From Catajapyx aquilonaris (lineage: Eukaryota), in the NCBI GenBank assembly GCA_000934665.2, contig JYFJ02000032.1, positions 62,001-126,000 on the forward strand: DNA of 64,000 bases. Reading direction: 5' to 3'. The position numbers and the translations under genes are program-made. Shown in pieces: positions 53,356 through 64,000 of this stretch; the stretch's first letter is position 1; each line of letters begins with the position of its first letter. The notes beneath the pieces were generated by a model. The model ran no database searches and had not been told where the DNA came from. It was given only the letters and a program-made list of their open reading frames with translations.

Positions 53356-56300
53356 GTACGGTTTTAAAAATGCTCCGATCTGTGTGCTTCAACAGACTAG
53401 ATTTTATTCTGGCCAATGCGTCGCAGAATACAGCCTGAGGAAAACCTCCCCCCCAGAGTCCAATAATTGCCTTTCTAAACAAGTCCGGCTGGCCTTATCG
53501 ACTGGGAGAGCTTCTGGAAATCGTTGAGGCGGACTGGTCTCCTCCGTGCGAACATGACCCGGGTATCGTTTCCTAATTGGTACCATCCGTTGGACCATGC
53601 CAGTTTCCAATAAGCCGCACAAAAGGGAAAAACAGCGGTGTATCCTGTTTTCCACGTAAAATTTCTGGTCTAAATCAACTCCGGCAACACAGCTGTCCGA
53701 TTCCCACCGATAATGCACGACTAATGATACCCGCGCATTTTTCTTTCGAGTCGGTTAGGAAGGCAATGCCCCACATACACACACTATGTATCGACCCCTA
53801 TTTTCCAGAGCACAATTTGTAGCTGTCAGGTGTTGGGCGGCTGCCGAGATGCCAGTCACTTCTCTAATGGAATGGTAGGGTCCTCTTCCACCTGGGGAGT
53901 CCTTACCTGACCTCGCTTCCCACCAACCGCCACGTGACCCCCCCTCCAAATATTATTATTGTTATTAATCGCGACGCCATCTATCTATACACACTGGCGG
54001 TTCAGTGGGGATAGGGCGTCTCCTGCAAGTGGAATTGGTACACCAGAAGGTACTACCTCGATTTGGCACCAAATTATAGGGCTCGGGGCTTGGCAGGGTC
54101 TTGACTGCGTTTGGGGACTGCCAGTAGATCAAAAGGCAGGAAGATCAAACTGGCGCAAACGAGGCCACGGAATTAAAGACGACGAGCGAGACTAATATTG
54201 CATATGCATATTAATTTGCTTGGCGGTCTGCACGCTGCTCGATTCGTGCAACTAACGGAGTGGTAGCGGGGAAAAAAATACCTGGCACGGTTTTTGGCCC
54301 TGGTAACAGGGTTCAATACTTCAAGTGTAAGGTTCTGTGCACCTTTCCAATTATTTAAAAAAAACAGGATTAATGTACCTCGCAGCATGATTACGATAAA
54401 TTTCGTCCCAGTGTATGTACCGCGTAGGGTTGATGGAGTCGTGCAGGGAGTCATACATTATGGCCACCGCCTTTTTTTCTCCTTTTCTAATCTGGCACTT
54501 CATATTATTGCGCACCGGCGTAATCCTCCTCGTAATTTTCTACGTATATTCCACATATGGGCATCCCATTGTCCCTAGACTATGGTGCTGACACGTGCGA
54601 CCGAGACGTAAATCTTCATAAATCTTTTTGGGCGAAACCTCAACAGATCATGTACCTACTGCATATATGCACAATTTTTCGCTTGGTTTTTATGACACAC
54701 GATTTCAGACTTGGCAGGGATCTTCTCTATAACGAGGTGCAGAAGGAGCAACAGTCAGTGGTCCGCATCGTTCTATTTTCTGTCCTAGGGTGTGTTTCCG
54801 GGCTTGGTGCCAAACTGAAGATCGGGGGTGCTGCTAGTCCCAAAGTCTAGGGGGCCTGCAGCTTTCTGGGGGTTGGGTACGTAGCACAATCCTGTCAGAA
54901 TGATCAAATTACACGTGATGAATGGCATGACGCTGTTGCTAGGCGGCGCACGGCCTGGCCTGCCAACCAAATTCAAATAAACCCGCCTAGTCTCCTCACT
55001 TCTCTTCTCCGGGAATGGGAAATCCGACCGAGCGAGGAAGATCGATGGATGCTTGCAAAGGGGAGAGCCAGAGGCTGCTGGACCAACGCCGCCCGCCGCC
55101 TCTTGCTTCTTGGAGCACTTGCAATATTTGCCTACAAAAATTTACAAAGTACGCTGGTTGCTAAAATATTGCATGGATCACAGATAGATTGGGGCAGTAC
55201 AAGATACGGATGGGGTAAGATTAAGATAAAAAATATACGTAAGAGGAGCGAGGTTTGCTTGGGTAATGTGGCGGGGAATGTCCAGGAATAGTAATCGATG
55301 GAGCACTCTCGGGAGGCAATTTTGCCGTCTCAATATGCCGCCGGTCTTAGGTAGATTTTTTTTGGTCTAAAAACAGCTGGCAATGAATCATGCTGCTGCA
55401 GGTATCCATCAAGGGGAGGCCCACACTTCTCTTTTTTTGTCTAATAACCTACTGTTCCATAGAGAGGGGAGGCATTTTGGCTGTTTCTTGAAATGGATTT
55501 TACAAGGGGGCAGGGGGCGGGGAGAGTTTTGATATTGCCTTCTTGAAAGCTCCTGACAGGTCGCCGGGTGGTATTTTTTTTATACGTCGAGGGTGGAATT
55601 TTCGTCCAACTTCTCCAACTCATATAAAAAAAAGGCTCCGTTTTCCTCCATTACAATGTATTACACAAGCAGGCAAGTCAGAATTGACGTCAAGAATTTT
55701 TTGAATCAACCGGGTTGTACTTGTCGCAAAAACGGTGCTAATACTAAAGTCGCATGCTGCGCTTAATGAGTTATGCACATCTGTTGCTGACATTGTTTGT
55801 TTTTTTTGCTCCGTACTTGAATCTTTGACATCCACAGCGCCACTGATACGCACAAAATACTAAATGGGGGAGGCTTTGTTCTTTATATTCCGGGGCATGT
55901 TGTTCCCTTGTATTTTTCATACGTCATTTACAAAGCATGTGACACGCCAGGCACAATGTTGACCATGCTGGCCCGAACCCCCTCTCGAAAACCATGAATC
56001 TGCCGCTTTAATTCGTAATAACGTTTGTGGAGGGACATGCGGCATGCGGATGCACATTATGGGGTCTGTTTTCACATTCAATGAGGGCGCGAGTGCTCGC
56101 ACATGTTCCAAATCAATGTGACTAGAAACATTAAATATTTATTTTCGTTTTTTTCAGTTTTTCAAATCCGAACGGGTGGAACTTTTTTTTTTTGTACAGG
56201 TCTGGTTACTGGAATGGTTTCATTGTGTCAAATCGTGTTGCGGACCAGTTCCGTCGACATGGTCTCACTGTTACACATGTTTAGGCAGTTTTGTTGGCTC

Positions 56301-57125
56301 GAAAACGCTATCACTTTGGCCAGCCGTCGTCGGTCAGGGTTTTTGAATAGTTTGGCTGAGTGCATTAATTTTGACGCTCCCAAAAACGTTTGGCGTTGGT
56401 AGAGTCAGGAGGATAGAATCATTTAAAGGCTGCAAATAGAAATGTCGTACACACTATAGGAATTTTCAATTAATTTTGTCTGGCTGGTAGCATGAAGTCA
56501 TGCTGACCATCTCATACGTGGGTGAAGTAAACGTGAGACATTTTTTTGCACATCTTCAACTAGATCATTTCACATGTAACTGCTGGAACATTAGATTAAT
56601 CGATAAACGTCCGTATGCTTTACATAAATTTGGGCGCACAATTCTTGCACTGTCATATCATGGCAGGCCGAATGCCATAAATTGCCAAACTGGTCCCCCT
56701 GCACGTATGAATCTTTGCCGCTGTCCACTGCAATTAAAGAAGGAAACAGATAGGTATTTTGTGTGTGGCTGGATCTAGGCCAAACCAGCAATCGAGCAAA
56801 AGAACGGAGAGGCCTGCTATTTTTCCCCCCAGGCTTTCTTTGTGGACAAGGGCGATGCACGGATTTTTATGGCCTTGGAGTTTCCAGTCTGACTCGGTCT
56901 AGTTATGAGCGTTTGACTCGATAAATCAGAGCCAGACTGGTGGTGGGAGGAGAAAGAGTAGGAGTAGGCCAGTGTTCCGGTTCTTGTCCCTCGTTTCCCT
57001 TGGAAGCAACTGATGCAACTGGAGTTGACAAACAATAGGTTATTGGAACCAAGGCTTGCAAATGTGAGAGCTCCCTCCAGGGGATGGATTCAACCTTGAG
57101 ATGCTCTGGAAGGGGGCACGTTGAT

Positions 57126-57182
57126 GCATTAGTCACTCCAGTGTGCGCATGCGCAACATGGCGGCACTGGAGTGACAAATGC
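57126..57182. other. 57-nt inverted repeat / stem-loop
   Basis: GCATT-A-GTCACTCCAGTG (57126-57143) pairs with CACTGGAGTGAC-A-AATGC (57165-57182), 17 of 18 bp. The inner segment can form additional pairs (CATG/CATG). Confidence 0.75.
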
Positions 57183-60100
57183 GGCCATGTTGGTTCCACA
57201 GGTGTTTAGGAATTTACTGGTCGTGACATGACCTCTCCAAGTAACGGTGAAAGGTCGGGAAGGGTCGCGGTTCGTCCCGGGGAGAGTCCGCTTATTCAAT
57301 GAGGTAATGGAGGAGCAATCTCAAGGTGAACGTGTCTGCCAGCAGGTATCCAGGCTTTTTCAGCAATGGGAGCCACCAGTACTCGCGGGCGCCATCAACT
57401 TTGTTGTTGGGGGCTTGGGAGGGAGTCTCCGGTATGCACGAGTAACAAGTAAGTTTGGGTTACGACTCTCGGGAGACGTATCTGTTCTTCAAATCGGCCT
57501 TCCGATAAAAAGGTACTCGCCGGGACGATTCGTTACCGGAGATTTATCTGTCAGGAGGCTGCCTCAATGGGAGCTTATTGGCGGCCTCTGGGAAACTGCT
57601 GGCAAAAGTGGCTCCAAACATTTTTCGCAATTACAGGCCCGCTTGTTTTTCCACCCAAAAAAGTTCCTTCCAAAAATTTGTCGGCTAATAATTGGGCTTG
57701 TCATCCAGGATTGGTCTCTCTCTCTCTCTGCATTTGAGCATCGGGGGGCAAAAAGCGCAGTTCTTTTCCAGCACACATGTTTTTATCAGTGACCGGTAAC
57801 TGAAAACGAAACCAGCCCTTTTCGGACCATGCCTGTGACACTGTGCTCCTGCTTTCAATCAGTGGGACGTGAACATTGGAAACGTTCTGCTGGCCCTGAC
57901 ATTGATTAAACCAGTCGGAGTGAAACGAAGCCATCGTTTGGAATCAATGGGCAAGGTGTAACTTCCCAACCATAACACTATAGTGCTGGTTCTACTGCTA
58001 AAGGCGACATAGAGATGTGCGCAATCATTTTCTCTTTCCCACCAATGAAAAGTCAATCAGACGAGAAATTAGCTTTTGCAGCGGGGCACAACACGTGCGA
58101 CCAGATATATGTGGATAACAGCTAAAATGCATATCAACCGTGGCTTGATGCACGGGCTTTTTTGCAGCCTTGCTGCGAATTACAGCAACGGCGAGTAGCT
58201 TTGGGTGGAAATCCGCGCGAAATTGTGAAACCGCGCTTTAAATAAAGGCAATAAAATCATTCACAAAGGGCTTTGCAGCTTCGGCGCTTTTGGGCTGGAT
58301 GGCTTGGTATGGCTTGGGGGACGATGGAGGGTTAAAAGAATCGTGCGTTGCGGAAGGCCAGGGAGATAAGCGCACCCAGACAAGTCGGCCTGAAATGTTG
58401 CCTTCGAGGACCCCAAAGCACCACTCCACTTTTCTCCTTTTGCAGATATATCTGCGCTATCCTTGGAAAAGGAGGATATAAACAAGGATAAATAATGCCA
58501 CCAGCCATAAAAGTCGGCAAAACAGGTGTTTGAGAAAGGACAAGAGTTTTGCTTCCGGATTCACAGCAGCAGCAGTAGTCCCCTTCTCTATTGTTACATA
58601 CGGTGGAGAATTGCATTCCTGACGTCATTTTGCAGAGATTCTATCTGCCAACTATTGTCCAAGGGAAATGGGCTTGACCACGTACGCTTTTACACTATAG
58701 CCATGTCAGTTAACTCTCCTGTACATTATGCTGCTAGGAGAGCCGCCCTTTTGCGCACAGTGTGTTGTTTGTTGCATTTTTCAGTAAGCAGACCCGCCAG
58801 GTTTGATAAATGCGTGAGGGAGGCATACCTCCGCGAAGGAAATGCCTTCGTCAGAAGATAGATCAGCGCTTGTGTCCATTACAGCGACTTGGAGGCAGGG
58901 GGCCTAGCCGTACCCACAAACCGACAAGGGGTCATGTTCCAAGAATGAAATGAGCAGCCTCCCCAAAAAAATATATTTGGTTGAAAAAAAAAACCGTTCC
59001 TCGCGGGCTTCACTCCGCATTGACTGATGACCTCCTTCCGAGAGAGAAGCAGCGATGCAACAATGTATTTCCTTCCCTGTCTTTTCCACCCCCTCCCCGC
59101 CTCTCTCCCCTTCTTTCCATCTGTCTTGCTTCCCTAATTCTTTATCAGTCATTTATCACTAGCCTGGCCATTGGCGGCCAAGGCCCCAGGGTACCAGCAG
59201 CCTAGCCCCCCCTTAAAAAAGAGAAAAAGAAGGCTTCTCTTATCAAGGCCCCTTGGCGTCACAACGAGTCTCACATAAACTTGGAGCATACAAGAGGCCT
59301 AATGAGCTCTCTGCAGGTAGACTTGGAGGCTGCGAAGGCAAGTTATCGCCCGGCGGGCTGTAAATTAAAGCCGGCCCCGGACTCTCAATCCTTCTCGACT
59401 TGTGTCTCAGTTCAGCCTCCTAATTAGAAGGACAAATTAGTCCATCATGGGACGATGGTCAAGGGGACCCCTTCCCGTGTGGGTGGGTAGGACACGACCA
59501 CGGGGATCGGACTTGTCCAGCTCTGGCCTTTTATGGGGATGGGAGGACATGTATGGCGAAGGCTAATTCACGGGATCGAAATGGCCCGAGTGAGGATACA
59601 TGGGGAGGGACGATTAAGCCAATTTTGGGCCCCCTGGATGTGTTTCATGCCTACAAATAAAATAGAGCTGGTTAAGTCAGGAAGCGCTGTACGAATTGCG
59701 ACGGTTTTTTTTTCGTGGCCGAATAGTGGATGCTGGGCATGGTGCCAAGGGGCCAATTTGCATAGACTTTGACCGGGAATGATATGCGGGAGGGAAATTA
59801 TATTACTAGGGGCTTCTATAAGTGCTGAATAACTCATTTATGCCGCCTTGGTGCGTGAGGCACATACGTGATAATTTGGGTTCACTGCTGCCTTTTGTGT
59901 AGCTTTTCTGGGTGCTGAACGGAATGAACGGGATGGTCCGCAACCTAAGTCAAATTTTCGCAAAATTTTTCGTGAAGGTAACAGTGGCCTAGTTATGTCA
60001 CCAGTGCGCCGCCTGCTGCATATTATTCGCAGCATCCTGCGGCTTACTAATTCCCTGGCGAACGGTCAGGTCAGCGTGTTTTGGTAGGAGTGTCAACACC

Positions 60101-63100
60101 GACTCCAGGAAATTGCCTTGCTTTAGCCCCCCCACCCGAGATTGGTGGGAGGCTGAACAATTCATTTCGCGATGAAACGATCCAGGGGAAAACGCGCATG
60201 TACTCTTGTCACACCAGATAATTTCGCAGCGCAATGTCCTTGCCCAACATTCCGCCCTGTTTCAAACCCACCCCCCCTCTAATCTGCTTAATTAATTTTC
60301 CTGTCTTGTTTGCGGAGGGAGCCGTGTAAATATTACAGGGCATCAAGGCGTAAACACGGGCTTGAGAGGAGGGTTTTTTCCCCTCTCTAGTTTTTTTTTC
60401 CACGAAGAGGGAAATATGGAAACGTGGAAAATGAAACTGGTTTTCTGTCACACTAACGTCGAGTCAGAGTTGGGATGGGAGCGAAATCCTATGCCCCCCC
60501 TCTTTTTCGCCCATGTATTTTACATTGGAGAGGGAGAAAAAGAGTATCTCTGGGTACACAAGGCCGCTTAAACGCAAGGGATTTTTTTTACATTCGGCCC
60601 CAGTCCAGGGGAAGCTATGTGTTGAATCGCAAATATCAGTCTGAAACGATTCTAAAAAAAGGACGAGTACCTCCATTCACAAGGGGGGGAAAATTTTGCA
60701 TCCTATTCGCACCTTGGCTGTTCAAAGAAATTTTCTGTAGCGACCCAAGGGCCTCTTTTCGAATCTTCTTCCCCCATTTTTTGTGTCGTCCTGCCCTTTT
60801 TCCCTTTCCTTTTTTTGCAGTTATTTTTGCCAACACACACTTTCCAGGGACTTGGTCCGTCTCGCACTTTTTTTTTCATCGTGTTATCAGCAGGAAGGAG
60901 GCTTTCTCGGGCTTTCCATATAACGACACGTTCTCAAGTCGAGTGGTACAATCAGGGAGACAATTTATTCCTGGGACTCCCCCCCCATTTCTAGGTCCTA
61001 TTCACCGTGGGCATTTTTGGCCTAATTTGCTGTCGGAAAAAAAGGAAAGATGCGTTCCTCTCACGTCAAGCCAGTAGGGAAGAAAATCTTGGGAGACTTT
61101 TTCCCGAAGGTCCTAGACAGGAAAGTTATGGGGCAACAGGAGCGTATATGGCATCAAGATCTATTGCAGCTTTTTATTGCGAGGAGAGGCCTAAACGGAA
61201 CCGTGATTAATAGGCGTCGATACGTTGCCATTAGACCCGGAACTTGTCCCAAAGTCGGCGATCCATTTAAAGTCAGACTGAACATTTCCATTCGCGGAAC
61301 ACAACTTGCTCTGCCGTTTTTGGCTGCGGAGAGTGATTGAGGGAAATATTATTGTGCTTGACAGATCTTTCTGGATTAGAGATTAAAACCGGATGAATCG
61401 CTTCACTCTTACTGTTAGTGTATTTAGTCAGTTGAAAGATAAATTCAGGGAACTAGTCAATTTGGACCATTATGGGAATGATGTCATTACAAATTCATAA
61501 ACCTTACCGGATTCCGGAATGCGAAAAGATTACATTCTGTTCATCAGGGTCGTAAACCAACACAGGTTTACAGCGTGTGCAAACCTGTACACCGAACAAT
61601 GCGGCACAGCAAGCTACTTGCTGGTAAGGGCATAAACCACCGGCAGATGACGTCATACCGGCAGCAAGACCCTCCGAATTTTAATAATTGCTGTATAAAT
61701 GTCTGTGTGAAAAGAGGAGGTTTTGCCATCCATGGGAGGAAGCTGAGTGTCAGCATCTTCACACCTGGCAAATGGCGACCTTGGCCGGAAATGAGCGGCA
61801 TGATGAATCCCGCGGTTCGCCAAGCTTCCTTCGAGGGCAATCAGGCTTGTAATTATGCCGTGGCGTCTTTATCTGCATGCGATGCCGGCTTGATTGAACC
61901 GGGACGTGTTATGTGACTTTCCATGTCACACCACATCACTCACGCTGGATACGCCTCGGTGTAAAAATATAAGAATGAGAATGAGTGTGTGAAAGAAAAG
62001 AAATAATGCATGTCCCTTTCGGATAGCGAGCCGGTCCCAGAACCAGTTTGCATACCGCGGGTGTTGCAGTTGTCACTTCCCGAGTTAACCCAAGTCACCT
62101 GTACCGCCAGTGGAAGAGTTATGCGCCGACTTTGCACACCTTGTCACTAGAGCTGTTTCCAGTGTACTTGTCCAGGAGTAAATGGTTACAAATGTGAGCC
62201 TGCTCGTCGTTGGGAGGTACGCGATTACCCAAAACAAAACCTGTGTCTGCCCATTTTGATGGTAATTAGTGCAAAAAATTGGGCAAATTCGCGTGATATT
62301 TCGCCTTCCGTGTATGAGGTGATATCCCACCTTCTCATTTATGGAACCAGCCCCCCCTTTCGTATATGGTTTCATAAAAAGGGGGCTGGCTCAGTCACCA
62401 TTTCCTTCCGGAGCTTGTTGTCGAAATCACCCCCTTCCATCATATTCTAGGCACAGGGTGGGGAGGCCAAAAGGGGAAGCATGAAGGGTGGGGATAGGAG
62501 GAAAAATCAGCGTCCGTCATTCTGGTTCCAATTCATTTCCTCTTTTATCTTTTCCCCTCCGGTTGGTCCACATCACCCTTTTCTGCTGCCTTTGTGCGGA
62601 CGCGTCGCCGTCAACTCGTGTCCATTTCCCCCTGCGCTGTTTTTCCTTCCTTCCTCTGCCCCCCCTCTATATGGCTGTATACCCTCCCACAAAACAAACC
62701 CATTACATCATATCCGGACAGTGTATACCAACTGATAATATCCTAAGGGCACACAAAAATTGTGTCTTGCATATATACGGACGAGCACATGGCGGCCGGT
62801 TGCTGGGGAGGGAACCGGGCAATCAGACACCAGGCATTTTCCCAGTAAATTTTCACTCTAATTATCGTGAAACAATAGGGTAATTTGTGTCAAGTGCGGC
62901 TCCCACGCGTCTCCCCCCCTCCCTTTTTGGCCCGATAAAATTATGGATTTGGAAAACTGGGTTCGGTTCGAAGCTCACCAGTTTGCAATATTGTCACGCC
63001 TGTACTTGTAATTTCTGATACACCGTACATAATGAGGCAATGCTTTCGTTTGTGCTATGGACAGTGTAGCATGTGACAGGGAGGTTTGAAAGCATAAAAT

Positions 63101-64000
63101 CAGCTCATTTTTCTCCCCCTTTTTTCCATCCCCAGCAGCTAGAGCAGTTTTAAGGGAATGGTAACCATTTCTGGCTCTCTGGCCAAATGAAACAGTGCCA
63201 GTGCGCGAGTGAAAAAGCGAGCTCGTACATTTGGGCGTCCCTATCAGGAGCAGCTCGCTGTGTACGTTTTTTTTTTGCGCGTCCATTATCTGGGAACTTT
63301 TGAATAGGAAAAGGCCTCGGCGGAATCGACCTGTTGGGGGCTACTGATGGCCGTGCAATAACCGGCTCAAGAAATGCGTCAGGCCCAAAAGGCAAGTTCG
63401 AACGGCTTCCTGAGCTGTTATATCAGCACATTAATGCGCAGTAATTTTCGAGGTGCTTTCGCGTGGATAGCTAGGAATTTTGTCGGGGTAAATTAGTGGT
63501 CAGGTGCGAAAATCCGTGAGAAAGTAGCAGTTTATGCTCTTTCGGAGTGCGGGGTGCTCGAGACTAGTAATCATCCTCCTATCAAAAAAGCCGTGGCATG
63601 AGACTGAAATGAAATGGTGTCAACCGCGTGCTGCTTATAGGCTAAGACACCCGTCGTCAGCAAGGTGCAAAGAAAACATCTCCTGACAGGATCAATTAAT
63701 GTCTTGAATAATCATGTTACACTTTTGTAAAGATTCATCCGCCTCCCCCAAAAAGTTAAGAGCAACTCTGATCTTTCCAAGCAGGTTGGTCGTCTCCATT
63801 AAAAGTTTAGATAATCAACGCTTGGCGATAACTTTTTTGGGCTAGAAAAAAAAGTCGATGTCGCAAGACGGTTTCAGTTATGCTCTTTGATATACCAGGA
63901 GCAACTTTTCGAATAAATTGTGGCAGACTGGCGAACTGAAAAGAGCTATATTTACATCTGATGAGAGAGGAGAGGAGTGGAAACTATGTGCCCTATTGCA

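Noticed and set aside
57247..57792. 181-aa ORF starting at GTG
   Set aside because: Non-ATG start in apparently eukaryotic DNA, no motif, and it passes through a (CT)n tract.
60475..61077. 200-aa Phe/Pro-rich ORF
   Set aside because: Its composition is explained by T and C homopolymer runs.
6600..63600. Scattered Su(H)/CSL-type YGTGRGAA sites (e.g. 7940, 16595, 18396)
   Set aside because: Dispersed, not paired or clustered, and at most mildly above chance.
1..64000. CRISPR array, prokaryotic operon or defence system
   Set aside because: No regularly spaced repeats and no gene-dense coding structure; the sequence appears eukaryotic and non-coding.

Overview
This window looks like almost entirely non-coding eukaryotic DNA, probably from an invertebrate animal. 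It has moderate GC (roughly 45% by eye) and no obvious CpG depletion. It contains many A/T and G homopolymer runs, (GA)n, (TA)n and (TAT)n microsatellites, and alternating AT-rich and GC-richer blocks. None of the supplied ORFs (maximum 218 aa) resembles a protein family I recognise, and they look like chance ORFs. I see no rRNA, tRNA, CRISPR array, intact transposase or reverse transcriptase, or prokaryotic operon. It is most consistent with a gene desert or long intron. Points worth a second look are candidate + strand splice structures (a 50-nt intron plus 17-nt micro-exon near 20.7 kb, and a well-formed 61-nt exon at 53.3 kb), a 57-nt hairpin enclosing NRF1- and YY1-type motifs, a tight cluster of K50 homeodomain sites, a miR-184-like 22-mer, and possible traces of Tc1/mariner activity. 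I did not find a convincing novel biological system. All non-repeat calls are low-confidence and were made by eye.
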